From Antedon mediterranea (lineage: Eukaryota > Animalia > Echinodermata), in the NCBI RefSeq assembly GCF_964355755.1, contig NC_092671.1, positions 7,316,001 through 7,380,000 on the forward strand: a stretch of DNA of 64,000 bases. Direction: 5' to 3'. The first letter of the stretch is position 1. Each line of letters starts with the position of its first letter. Under the pieces are notes generated by a model. The model worked only from the letters and a program-made list of their open reading frames with translations, had not been told where the DNA came from and searched no databases. Both the position numbers and the translations under genes were made by a program. Below, piece by piece: positions 12,713 through 27,700 of the stretch.

Positions 12713-15700
12713 TTAATCAAGTGGACAGAAGTTTAGAGAGATCTTTCCAGAGCTTTCCTTTCCATCCATGGCAATCAAATCTCCATTAATGGTGATGTCT
12801 CTCAAACAACCAACAAAAGCCTTAGCACTGTTTATATGATCACCAGGCTCGGTATCTAAAACAAATATAAAAGTTTAATTATATATATAACATATATATC
12901 CAATCTGCAGACAGTACTGTTTCGATCTTATTAGATCTAGTCATTGCAACTCAGGTTTTCGAAATGAAATGTACCGCAGAACTGGCACAATATATAGGCT
13001 GAGCCAGGTATGCGGGACATGGTACACCGATTATGAACACAAACAGTGCACAAGCTCAACGAGCGTGCTTTGCAAAATGCTAATAGTATTCACAACAAAA
13101 ATGCACCGTTTCGAACTGAAGAGTGCTCTACAAAACAACATACTATATATGTATATAGCAGAAAGTATATATATATATACACTGTATATATAAAAAAGGT
13201 TGAAATTCAAATTTTTAGTAAAAAGTGCACATGTGTACAGAAATTTCACAAAATAGAAATAAAACATAACAATACCTGGAATACCACCAATATAAAGTGG
13301 ATCATCAGTCCTAATACTTTTTGCGTTCTTAAGTTTCACACTAGTTACAACACCATCTACAGTCAAATCAATCACATGTCTGATCTTCTCCACTAAAAAT
13401 ATAGGAAATTCACATGTTAGGCCAGTTAAGAAATACAAACATCCATTAAAATAAGATAGATGCCTAGGGTGGCCTTCAAACTTTGTCATGAGATCCTAAA
13501 ATTAAATAATATACCACCTCAGCCATTATGAAAATGAGTTCAATTTTTTAATCATGTTTACTAATCATGAATATTCATCATTCATTAACAACAGGCCTGG
13601 TCTTTTAGGGCGAGCGAGTGCAATCACTCACCTAACACACTCCTAAACTGCCCTTAAAGAGTACGATATACAACGCGCTTAAATTAACTTTTACACACCA
13701 AAATACAAACAGCACACCTACACCATCCATGAATGTATTGAGGAGTGCAATTTGTAGCACACCTATAATTTTCAAAAGACAAGGCCTGTAACAATTTAAT
13801 TCTTGCCTACCTCTAACACTATGCCACTGGCCGTCGCATAGTATTGTTCCCAGTGAATTAGTTGATGTCTCAAATGGTTCTTGGCTATTGCTAGCCCGTA
13901 CATAAACATCACCTTCAGTCATCTCCACCACCAAGAATTTATCACCTGTACGTACTGACAGTAACACACCCTCTGTAACTCTGGGTTTCATTTGAAATGC
14001 AGCTACAAAATTTTTACCTACATTCACATTTTGATCTAAGAATGCAAAACACGGTTAATATGAATGTAGTGCCATCTTCTTTGAAGGGTAAAACTTTGCA
14101 CCAAAAAAATGCAATTTTCTTATAATTATATAGTTTGATATTCTATTATATTATTCTAGATTATTATATCACTTTAGCTACTACAGATTAGACATTATAT
14201 CAGTTATGCTCAAGACTAATAATAATGTATGTATTTTGATTTTATTGAATATTAGTTAACCCACTGAGCTAAACTGGAAGGGTTACCCTCTTTGAAAGAT
14301 GTTTAAAATAAAAGAAATAAATAAAAACATATAGCAATATGTACAATATATATAATAATAATAATAGTCTGTTCTTATATAGCGCATATAAGCAGGCTCT
14401 CAATGCGCTTTACATCAAAAATAAAAGCAGGAAATGTTAAATTAAATTATATGTAAATGAATTAAGCACAATTTATCCATCAAATATATTGGGCATTACA
14501 ATGATGAAAAACTTTAGAATGATATAATTTGTTTACCAAGAATCACATATCCATCGTGTATGAAAACACCCTGTTCAGAGGGTCCTCTGCAAGCACTAAC
14601 ACCCACTCTTTGGGGACTTTGGTCAGCAAGTGTGACAGGGGTTTTCTTATTGGGTGTTATTGAGAAGTCTTTGATACATCCAACAAATGACACCTGAGAT
14701 GAAAGCTATAAAATATGATAGAATAATATGAATTTCAATACAGAAAAAAAAACATTAAACAAGAAAATGTATTAACAGTATATCTAATGTCAGTACAGAA
14801 ACAAAATTATTGTCCAAACATTCAACACAAAAATATATGTTCAATGTACATGTATGTATAATATGTATATGTACAAAATCGTAACAAGCTTTAGCAGTAG
14901 GCTACTTGATGTACCACACAATCCCATGAGGTCATGCACAGAACAACATTCCTAATTTAATTCATAAAGCACTTTCATAAATATAATACAAACAAATTTA
15001 CATATAGATTTAAATGGTACAAGAAACATCCTCAAAGGTCATAATATCAAACAAAATATTTGACCTACAAAAAGTGAATTTGGAATAACTAAAGGTGTGT
15101 AAAGCGTAGTGTGTTTAACCCAAAGTGTATCTTCTTATCACTGTATAATGTTCAGTAAAATTTGAAATTTACAACTTACTGGTACATATTTAATACTTTG
15201 CTGTAAAATTCCTCCGACATACTGTGGTGCTAAAATCCTGTTGATGTCTTTTGCGGTACCATTTCTACCAGAAGACGAACTATCATCAACTGTCAGGGTT
15301 CCAACCATAGACTTTCTATAAGCGCCAATCTAGAATAGAATAAAGCATAATTGGTAAACTTTGCCTTGTCAACACTAGCAAACTTTTTTTTGCAAACTCT
15401 GAGTTTCCCTCTGTTTGCAGAAATTTGTGATTCCTGTCTATAGACTAGTTACTGAAGGCTGCCATTTTGTCTGCAAAGCACCCAAAGTTATATGATTCAC
15501 TGAGTCAACAAATCTTTGAAAACTACTGCAGTTTGGAAAATTTACAGTAGCAAATTTTGGAAAACCTTTTTTATACCAAACTGCTCAAGTAGACTAGACT
15601 TCAATTTTACCTACTGCATTGTTTTGTTAAGAAAACTGGAATTAAACTACAATTGAGCAATGATTGCACTTCTTTTTCTTTGCATGTTTAACTGCATGTG

Positions 15701-18700
15701 GGACCATTGCTAGTGCAAACAGCTATTGTTAAGTTCCTTTATCAAACAATTATAAAAAATCATGTCAAATAAGTAAAGCTCTGTCAAATTTGGTGTGACA
15801 AAAAAATGTGATGTGCCCATATATGGATATGATGATGTCATATCACTACCATAGTTGGGCATATTACTACCATATTTGGGCACACCACACATTGTTTGTG
15901 TCAAGAGACTAAGATGATATTTAGAAATCCTGCCTACATTTATATATTTTGTATTGTACATGAAATATATATCAAATAAAATGTAACAAACCTTGTGCCA
16001 GCTTCCATCGCTCACATATATGGGGTTAATAATGACTATTGGTCCTTCCCCACAGTCAAAGCTGAATACAACCTTTCCATTAGCTAGATATACACTTAGG
16101 AAGTCCCTCTTTGTACTGTTTGCATAGTATAGAATACCTGCCTCCTGTGTTGTCTTTATAGCCATCTTTATAGAACCACTGAATCAGGAAATAACATGTA
16201 AAATTTAGATTCATTGCATTCGTACATACAGTATTAACATAGACCTAATGTAGATCATGTATGTACTGTTTTGATAGTATGTATTTAACTTTCATACTAT
16301 AAAATGTGCTTCACCACCCACCTTGACACAAGGTCAAATTCTTTATTCATCCCACGTGGGGCAATTAAAAAAAATATGACTGAATAATATAATCATAATA
16401 CCATAATAATAATAATCATTAAAACACAAAAATCGATATACAAAGACCAGAGCAAAACCAGATGCAAAACGCATGTAACACCTTATATGCTTTGCATTGT
16501 GGAAGTGGTAGTGTAGTGAAAAAATTTTGAAAATTGCAAAACATGTTAGTTGAAAGGCAAAACTGTATTTAATTTTGTTTTAAATAAGCCACAAAAATAT
16601 TTAAACCTTCTACTTAGTCCATTTTTAAAAACCGAAATATCATTGAGCTGAATGCGGCTGTTTTCCTCATCACCAAACTGAATCCCTTCATCTGTTGTGC
16701 CCTCACCACTAGGTGGAAGTAGGGCACATGTCTCCGGTGCTGCAGTTGAAGTAGTATCAACCACTTCCTCTAGCTTCTCTGGTGGAATGGCGTTTGCTGC
16801 TCCATAAGTAAATGGACAGATTCTATGTTCTACATTTTTCTCCTCGACTTCATTAACAAAGTCCTGTACTCTGAAACAAATAATATTAATAATTTTTAAC
16901 CGTGGTAAAGTTGTTTTATTTTATTCAACTAAGAACCACACTTACTACAGTCCACATAAAACACTATCAAGTGAATGGGATGCGAACCTAACTTGGTAAC
17001 TATACAGTTAATCTGAATGTTGTGTGTGCCAAGTTCAACGTAGTTGCAACAACTTTCAACTTTTATCAAAGTGTTGCTACACAGATAGTATGAAACAAGC
17101 TGAACACTGTATTCAATTTATTGATTAAAATCAACACTATAATACAATTAAACATACTGGTTGTTGATTACAAAATCTGATATGCAGCCAATGAATGGTT
17201 CACTGTTACCAGGCCCACCACCAATATAAGAATATTCAGCAACATCAATTATCCAATTGTTTGCTTTATCTACTCTGCCAAAGTTATCATCGTCTAAGAA
17301 AAGATCCAATCTTGAAAAAAAAAAAAAAACAAGTTGTTTACCAAGTAACATCATACTATAGGCTCAGTTCCCAAAACAATAATAATAATAATAATGGCAA
17401 TTTGTAAAGCGCAAGCATCTGTCTAAAAAAGACGCTCACTGCGCTACTGAACAAAGAACATGAAAAAAGTTACAAATCTTAAACTACTAGACTACAAACA
17501 TTACAAATATGCTACAAGTTTTCTGGATAAGACATGTTGAATAAATGAGTCTTTAAGCTAGACTTGAATGTATATAATGTACTAGAGTTTTGAATATGAG
17601 ATGGCAGGCGATTCCATAGCATTGGAGCACAGTTGGTAAAAGAACAATATGGTAGCTTTAAAAATTGCAGGAAGGAATGGGGGATGTGGGAGCTATCTAT
17701 TATTTCAAATGACAACACACCTAAATGGATTCTTGTCATTTGATTGTAAGTTTGGTGGTCACATGATGTTCAATAGACATACTATTAAACTCAGATATCA
17801 GGGTGCATATTATTGTTGTGTAACACAGTGAGCAACCGGAACACATAAGGCGAGGCTAGGCCAAGACTCTCGTTAAAAGTAGGTGCGTTATAAAATAATG
17901 AATGTTTTATATTCGTACAAGGGGAAAATAATTTTTGTAAAATTATTTACATACTTTCTAGCAGTTTTCTCAAGTCGAATAAAATGCCAATTTCCATCGC
18001 TAACATTTTGTTGAGCTGATCTCCAATCTGCTTCAATAGAAGTTTCAACCACAATATTGCTATCTACTATCCTAACTGCCAGAGATGTAATCTGTATAAA
18101 TATTTTCAAAACGTTTTACCATCAAGAAATTAATATTTCAGTTAATATATCTACATTTTTTTCATTTATAGTCAGTTGATAATAAAACTCCTATCAATGA
18201 AAATCCACAATGTCAATCTTTGGTACATCCTCTGAACATACTGAAGCCTACCTACAAAATAGCATATTATTTTATTTTGTGTTAGTAGAAGGCAAAACAT
18301 TTCAGATACTGTACTTACTTCATTGGGAACCATAGTAAAGAGTGTTCCACTAGTTTTTACCGTTCTGAATGACAGCAATAGTGTAAATTCTACATCTATA
18401 GTTATGGGCATTTTCACATAGCCTGCTTTAGGAAAACCTATCAGACCAATAGGCTGAAAATGAATATTGAAAACAAAATTGATTTAATTTTCTATTTTTT
18501 AAATAATATTTATAGATACACACATGTATCGTCAGTTGTTAAATCACTACAAATCTGTTTCATTTAATTGCCTTTTAATTTATATATATCAGAGTTATAT
18601 ATTACTTTTCTTCTTACCTGCTCAGGTATGCAGCCAAGAGCAAGACTAGAATACTTGACTACACCTTCTGAAAATACCCTTGTTGAACCATCGACATAAA

Positions 18701-21700
18701 CATTTTGTATACACCCAATAAAACCTTGCGTAGTCACATTCCTATAGATATATAATACAAATTTAAATACATATCCCCTTATTCAGAGCAGGTATAACAA
18801 ATTGAAAGTTACAAATACTAATATGCATAAAAATCAATTTAACATTAATTTTTACAATAATATAGAGTACAGCTTCTTATACAAATCGTCATTCATTTCC
18901 ATTCTAACTAAAACCAAAAAAGAAATTTACGATTGTGACACATCTTCTTGGGAATGCACTCCTCCTATATAAAATGGCAGTTCTGCTTCTTCTGAAGATG
19001 AGGTATATGACTGTCTGTTTTGTATCCCACTACAAAAACCACAACAAAAAGTTGTAAATAAATTAAAGATAAATAAACAAAACTACAGTATGTAAATTCC
19101 GGAAGATCCAGTGTATAAGTTCAGATGAAATAATATACAAATAATGAATGTTTATATGATTGAAATGTTACAAATAATTCCATAAGCTGAAAATGTTATC
19201 TTTCACCAAATCATGTATATAAAACATAATGTAGATGCCACAATTGTAAACGCCGCACAAGTAAAAGGTTGATCGAATGTGATCTACAACAGCCTAGTGA
19301 ACGAAAATGAATGCGCAAAACGAAATGACTGTATTCGATTTACATAATGACAAGGCACGCTCAAGTGGGCTACATCACATTCATTATTAAATCATGACCT
19401 ACAATTGTCCCATCAAATGACAGTATGTTATAATATGTATTATATAACACCTAAATGGATACCTATAGATTTCTGTCATTTGATTGGATGATTGTGGGTC
19501 ACATGATAAAAAATAAGTGTCCTATTTTTTTGTTCACATAGCGCGGTGCATTCCTATTTTTGTCGTCGGAAGACCGGACAACGCGACCCCTTAACAGCTT
19601 TGCACATGCTCACAGGAGAGCATGGTGTATTACTATTTGTCGGTGGAAGAAAGGAATTACACGGCCTCTGATGAGTGATGACAACACGTCACTTGAGTAA
19701 ACCAGGCTACCGATACTAGTAGCCAAAATGTAGCAAAATAGCAAATCTATTTTTTATGATCATCAAAAGGGACAATAATACAAACATATCAATTTCTACT
19801 TACCCAATTGTAAGTGTTGCAACATTATTATATACTACAGTTTCTATAAATGTAGAAATTCCTGTGTTGTGCTTGGATGTGCTGACTACTTCTACATAAC
19901 CGCTTGTTCCACTGTTCAACTGCAGAATAATATAGCCTTCTCTAAGGCTAACAGCATAAAACATGTTTTGATCACCAATGTAAAATAAGAGTCCATTGAG
20001 AGAATTGCTTTTAAAAGTTAGTTCCACTCTATATGAATTTTTGAAGCTTAGTTTTATTTTCTCAAACTGTGCAAACGACTTTCCAGTAAATGTTGCTTTA
20101 CCTTTAGATGCTTTATATTTTTCGTCTTCTGCCATTTCAGACCTAGTGTAAAAAGTATTACATTTACAATGTATTTGAGACAATTGTTGTACTTTATTAC
20201 TTTATATTATAACACCTCAATAAATTCTTGTCATTTGATTGAACGATTGTGGGTCACATGGCGTGCAATAGTATGCACTATTGAAAGGTCGTTTTTTTCA
20301 TATATTTTTTGCATACGCGTACGAAAACAAAAATCATTACTGTGATTCTCTGAACAGTAAAATCCAAAAGCGCCGCCTATTTTGTTAACAATAACAAACA
20401 TTGACATATTGCACTCTCGTTTTTCGCAATGAAGTTTTTTGGGAGATATACATTCTAGTTTAGGCCAAAAATCATTTTAATATAGCTTTAGATCGTTTGT
20501 ATGATGTGAATATTTAATGGGAACAAATCAGAACTAGATCAGTTTCAATGGCCTGGCAAAGTTTCGTAGTCATGGTATCACTGCCTTTCTAGCCTAGCTA
20601 AAACGCCTAGATTGTTTGGGATTTCGTTGACATAATTAACACTACAGTAGGTGTAAAATTTAAATAAATATCATTTACTATATTATAAAAAACCAAATAT
20701 ATATAATTGTTTTGCAATGTAAATATGTTGGAAAAATTTCAATGTGAATCATTGACCAAAAAGTATAAATACCCAATGTTTGTTCTTTATACAAATTTTC
20801 GTGAAAAAATTACCAGAATATTACCGAGAATCTCAAACTATTTGAACCACCAACGGAAAGGTAAGGGTTAAGAGAAATAATGGGATGTCAATCTGGGAGG
20901 GTACCCGCTCTGGGGCAGGTGTTTCTCCTATTTGTATAACATTATGTAAATATAATCCATTTTATGCAGTATTGAAAATGGTTTTTTTGTACATATTATA
21001 TATATTGACAATTTATAAAATAATAGCAACTCTTACACTTCTTTGGTATATGTGGGCTGGATATTACTGGCCTCCTCATAATTCCAAAATGGAATATACT
21101 CGTTATTATAATAAATATTTTCCAGAGATCCTTGAAAAGACTTTCGAGTCAATATATCGGGAATCTGTAAACAAATTAATTTAAGTAAAAATTAAAATCA
21201 ACAAAATTTTTATTTTAACAATATTTTATGAGAATGGTCAATCCAGTTTAAGATGATCGTTAGGGGCATTAGGGATATATATAACATGTCACAAAGTGTG
21301 ATTTGCAAATACTTTCTTCCATTTTTCTGTATAATATTTACCCCTGCATAGGTGGTGGGAGCACCGCCAATGTAGACTACTCCGTCCTTGGCTAAAGTTA
21401 AAACAGTAGTTCTGTCCTGGAATGTACCATTGAAAGAGCCAACACCTTCCACAGAACCAGTAACACCATTGCCAACTCTGTTTAAAATTAAATTTATTTA
21501 CCAAGATTGTATATTTAAGATAAGGTAAAATAATTCTGTATTGTCATCACAAACATAACTGAACATTTACTATAATTATAACTCTGTTTATAAACACATC
21601 ACATACCTTTTTATAGAAACTTCGGACCACTTATCATTACGCACATCAAATGTAGAAAGTACAACTGAAGGGCTATCACTGCTAGCCAAGCGGTAAGTTA

Positions 21701-24700
21701 TCTTTAGTTTTCTATTTTCCAGTTCTGCTGCCAGGAAATTATCCTACATAAAGGAACAATATAATATCAGTATTGAGAAAAACTGATATACTATGTTTAA
21801 GGGTCTTTCACATCTGTTCCGGCATAGTTCCGGTCTGGCACCAGCAAATCAAATCAATGTTTTGTTTTCACATGGGTACGCGCATATCAATTGGCACATA
21901 ACCACAACAACATTGACGTCCGATTTTGATTTGCCGGTGCCAAGTGTAATTATTTGTAAATCTTGTAAATAATCGTAATACAGGCATATATGGTTAGTTT
22001 ATATAAGGGCCTTACACTTTATTTACTTATAACCTTATAAGGTAAACATTTTCTGCAAATCAATCAATCAACATGTATATGCCTTGTGTTGAATTTGGTC
22101 TATTAAACATGTATGTGAAATAGGATATACACAGTATAGCATTACCAACTACATGACCCAACTATGTATAGATGTAATATGCATATCATGTAAAATTTAC
22201 ATTCTTTCTTTAATAACCAACCTGCTTAGTTGGACCACCAATGAAAAACAGCAATCCTTCAGCAATGTTAATTGTAGTATTAAGATTCAAATAAAAAGAC
22301 AATTTAGACACAGTTGAAGGCTTTGCCATGTCACTAGAGGGACGAATCTTGGTGTATGAAGTGGCGTCACTGAATTGCATGGCAAGACGAATCTGAAAAA
22401 ATACAAAATAGCATCTGTATATTAAGCTCTGTCTACACTACAAGTGTGATGTGCCCATATATTGCAACGATATGCCCAAATATGGTAGTGACGACATCAT
22501 CATGTCATCATCTATATATTCTGTCATATAAAGTTTGATAGTGTAGACAAGGCTTTATATTTATAACGCAACTCTTCATTACATAATGAATATTTACAAT
22601 TTCTTTTTTTGTGATTTTACCTACCCGATAAGCTGCACTGCGGGCTGCTTGAACTTTCTCCTTAATAGCGTTAATATCCAACGAGATATTCTTTTTTGAT
22701 TGGTCGATTGTATCAGCTATGTTTGTTACCTGGGGTGTAAGTGTTTTGATAGTAGACTTGTAACCTCCAACATCGGTCACTATATGCGGAAAAAAAAAAA
22801 ACACCAACATAAGCATTTAGAATCCAGGAAAAAATGAGGATTTAGGCGGGGGTGCTAAACAGGATGTAGCCCCACCTATTTTGTTTTTCTGCAACCTGAT
22901 CATTTTTATCATTTATGAAATATTTAGCCCCCCACCCTAATCAATAATGTTAGATCCGCCCCTGGTTTAGGAAGTCTGTTGTGGCATATCACCCTGACTA
23001 ATAGGGTTTAAGGTTGCAGATAGCCTTGTGTGTGTGAAATGTTGAACAATTTTCTCATAGAAGACAATTTAATTGATAAAAGCAAATTTACAGTTAATGG
23101 AAAAATAAATAATCTTGAATCTTATAGCAAGGAAACAAAGGTTTTCTTATCCCATTGCATCCTATCCAATCACATAAATCGTCAAGTCAACAGATTTTCA
23201 GCTTAGTCAGTTTGGTAAATCTGACTTTCACAACAAGTAAGACAAAAAAGTGAGATGTGCCCAAATATGGTACGGTAGTGATATGCCCAAATATGGTAGT
23301 GATATGACATCATCATGTCCATATATTGGTCTTTATATTTACATACATTTTTTTTCAACAGCATCCAGTACATCAGTGCTTGAGTTAATGTTCGCCTGAA
23401 TGTGTTTAAGGAGTAATTGATTGGCAATGATATCACTTTTAATATCATCAACGGTTAGTTTAACATCTTCCGCGGTCTTCTCTGCTTCAGTGGAAAGATT
23501 TAATGCTTTCTTTGCAACTTCTGAATCAACTAAAATGTAAGAGAAAATTAAAGATAATTTTTAACAAATATTTTTCACTTATTAGATTACTTGGATTTAA
23601 TGTAAAAAAGTAAATGTAGGGAAATAACTTGCGACTAGCGGCCTAATGGGCTGAATTGCGCACAGATGTAGTCGCCATATACCACAACTTTTTTCTTCCT
23701 TTACCTTTCCTGTGTGTCCATATTGACAGGGGCTAAGAAGGACACGATTGTTTTTTAGTACATAAGTTGGGGACCCCTTCTGTTAAAGATAGCCAAACTA
23801 CTTCCGAAATATAACCTAACGCTCTAAATAATTTCTCTCTCCCTATAAAGTAAAAAGAAGTTGCTCATGGGATTCGAACCCTATACATTAACATGTCCAT
23901 AGTCTAATCCACTCAACTACACAGACGGCTCAATGGAAAGAGTTTGTATTAGCGAATTGTAGTTAGCTCAATTCTTAAGTCACACCTTTTTGGATATGAA
24001 TAATGAATATTCATGTTTATTTTGTGACGTTTCATGAGAGGTCCCCAACTTATGTACGAAAATATATATCACAAGAAAGACAAGTGCACCACCAGGGTAA
24101 CCCTTCTCTTTGGAGGTATGCACTGAGTTCTGCACACAAGCAAGATATATACCTCCATTTTTAAATCATTATCCATAAGACTATGGTTTTACGGCGCTAC
24201 TGCCCTCGGCCACGTGACTAAACTCGACATGGGTTAGTAATGAACTTGAAAGTGATACAATTAACATATTGATGTCTGTCTTCAATTTTGGAAAAGTAAA
24301 ACAAAATGTTAGTCATATTTGTATATATACCTTTAGGAAGGTTCTTTATTTCATCTCTAATCATGTTAAGCAGATATTCTACCATTGAAATGTTATCTTT
24401 TAACTCTTGTATACTATCTGAGAGACCAGCAAATTGTGGTACAAGATCTGAAATAAATGCAAAATGTTATAACTATTTTTTATATTTATTAATAAATTGA
24501 GTAACTTTTGAGGTGTACATTTCAGGTAGAAAATGAGGTTTTAAACTACATTTTAATCGCCCCCAATACTGGGGGATCCACTCTAGGTATATTCTCTAGT
24601 TCATTTATAGTCTCAATTCACGGGTTTCTAGTCATGTTTACCTTCAGTTATCTCTGCTTTTGCATCCTGGGCATTCTTCAAATGCCTTCTACTTTTCTTT

Positions 24701-27700
24701 AGTGCTTTTTCTGCATTCAGATCATTACTCTATAAGATACATTTTGTTCTTGTTATTTTTATTACAGAGCATTTGTGAAAGTTCTATTCACTAGATAAGT
24801 TATGTCTATGTCTTTACTCATTAATTAATTACTTAATTACAAAATTCAATATACATTCCACCAAAGGCATTGTTACCTGTTGCAGAGCAATTTCTGCAGC
24901 TGTTTTAGAATCATTAGCAGACTTCTTTGCATTGTTAATGGCATCAATAATATCAGAGTAAGCCCTGGCAGCTTTATCTGCTAGCTCTGCATACTCTATG
25001 CCAGTCTTGGCTAGATCCACCAGAATGGCAGCATCCATGGTCAAGTTCTTAGCATGTTCTTCTGCTTCAAAAACAAGTTCTTCCTTTCCTTCAAGCGCTG
25101 CTTCTAAACGTTCCACAGATGGTTCTAACCGCCTGATACCACCAATTAGTCTGGTATAATCTCTGGCTAGTTCTGCATTAGAGGCGTTGGCATCATTAAG
25201 GTATAATCTGGCTTGAGCTAGTAAATCCCAAGATTTTTCTATCTTTTCAGTTCCATTAGCAAACAGCCTATTAGACTTTCTAACCACAAGCTTTAAAAAA
25301 AGAAAAACAAGCATAATCAATTATAAACCGCAATGCACCCATTGATTTAATAATTTTCTAAACATAGCCAAAAATGAAGAGACCATCAAGACAATATTTA
25401 TCGATATATTTACACTCCCACAAGATGTTTATTGATAAAATTATCATCCAATATCATCCCTTTCCTAGATCCATACAGGCTAGACGAGCGGATTGGAATC
25501 AATATCTTGTTCAAATAATAACACTTAAGCTCTGTCTACACAAACTTTATGCGAAAAAAAAAATGTGATGTGCCCATATATGTTTCGTAATATTTATTCA
25601 ACCAAAACATATTATTTAACATAAATATTAAACATTTTAACATAACATTTCTACTTGTTTTTTTTTTTTTGGCTGGGATCTGGTTTAGAAGTATTAAACT
25701 TGTCTCAATCAGACCCTAACAAAACAAATATTAGAAATAGTTTAATAAGGAAAAAGGTATACGCCTTATTTAGACTTCAAATTATATAAGTAATTATGAA
25801 AATAAATATATGTAAATGACAGTTATATTTTTACTCATGGTAATTAGATAAATAAAAATACTTTATACATTTCTTAAAAATTATTAAAGTTTTACAGTCA
25901 GTAAGTTCATCATCTAAATCATTCTACAGAGTTGGTCCTGAGAAGGTTATACAATATTTAGATTTGGTTAATCTAACATGGACATGATGATGTCATATCA
26001 CTACCATATTTGGGCACATCACACTTTTTTTGTCAAACTATAGTTTGATAGTGTAGACTAAGCTTTAAGCAGTACACAATCTGTTTTCACTTTACCTGCC
26101 CATTTTCTCTCAACACTTCGTTCTCATTATTCAGCTTTCTGGCGTCAACCACAAGCTGACTTGCATTCTTACTCTGATTAATTAAATCTTCCAATTTATC
26201 CGCTGAATTTTCCAACTGTGATGAAACGTTCATTAAATGCATTAGGAAAGCATCGGCATCTTGGTTCAAATTGTTGACAATGTCCAACACTGTCAAAAGA
26301 ATTTTTACAAACATTTATATCATTTTCAACACTGACATTTTAATATTTTGCAGAATCTTAAATTAATAAATTGTTTATGTTTGGTATGGATAGAGAAGTA
26401 TCTTTGACCCAAGCATTTCTTAAAGGGGTTAGGTGTGTTAAAACACTGTCTACACTATCAAACTAGTTTGACAAAAAAAGTGTGATGTGCCCAAATATGG
26501 TAGTGATATTCCAAAATATGGTAGTGATATATCATCATGTCCATATATGGACACATGTTTGATAGTGTAGACAGAGCTTAACAGGCCACTTCTTCAAAAG
26601 GAGGGTTTGGTTCAAACAGAAGAAGATCACAAAGCTCACTTACACAGATCAGCAGCAACCTGCTCTTTACTGGCTGCTTGGTCTAGTTCTGTAAAGTTTC
26701 TGCCTTCAAGTTCATTTACTATTCGTCTTGCTTCTTGTAAATCATGTAGTCCATCTTGCACATCTGTGTTGTTTCTATTTTCACTTTTTTCAATCATACC
26801 TACATAGTACAATATCAGAAACATTATTGATTGGTATAGATAAAACGAAAGCAAGCAGTGCTGTAGCCACAAGAAATAAAGTGGCAATGTGGTCGCAAGA
26901 AAAGAGAACAATTTGTGTGCTGGCCACAGGGTCGTCAAAGGCCTCTGTGGAAAAGTGGTCAGGTTGAAACCTTACCAACCGTACTGGTAGCTATGGCCCT
27001 GGTAAGGGGTTCTGTCAGAAACATAACAAGTTAGTCGTACCATGTAAGTTAGTGTATGAATCGTTGATAAACTTTTCCAGATTGATTGCCCGCTGTTTTA
27101 CATCCTCTGCAAGAGGCAGAAAAATGTCAGCTTCGTTTTTGTTCTTTTTAGCCTGTAAATAAAAAAGATACAACTTTTAAAAATGGATGGTTAGAGATTA
27201 CAGAAATGATAGAAGAGTTGGTTAAAATATTATGTAAATAAAAATAGCAAATCAGCAAAATACCTGTTTATCTACTTTGTCAGCTTTTTCAATAGTTTCT
27301 TCCAATAACTTTTCTACTTCTGCCATTTCAACTTCCAATAATGTGTTGTTCACTCTCACCTGTGCTACCCCAGGCTGCAATCGTTAAAAATGCATAATAT
27401 TTATATATACTAATATGTATGTGTAAAGCATGGAATTACCATACAGCATAAATCCATTCTGCTTTGCAACCAGAAACCAAAATGACAGGCTCCTGTAGTC
27501 TGACAGGAATCACTAACTTCTCCAAACATTGCTAAACAAAAGTTTGTAATAAATTGCTACTGCGGGCTTAAAAGTAAAATATGTATGTATTATGTAGTGT
27601 TATATGTTGAGTTTAGTGTTAAATTCTGCTTTAAAATTGAACATTTTAAAATAAATAAATTGAATCAGCAGGACACAGGAGCCACTATCCTGGCATGCCA

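Noticed and set aside
19664-19708. CTGATGA followed by hairpin GTGATG-ACAACA-CGTCAC as a hammerhead
   Set aside because: No GAAA follows stem II and there is no stem III or cleavage triplet.
20555-20586. Minus-strand ATGACTA-C-GAAAC as a third A3-U8 hammerhead
   Set aside because: Stem II is entirely missing; likely chance.
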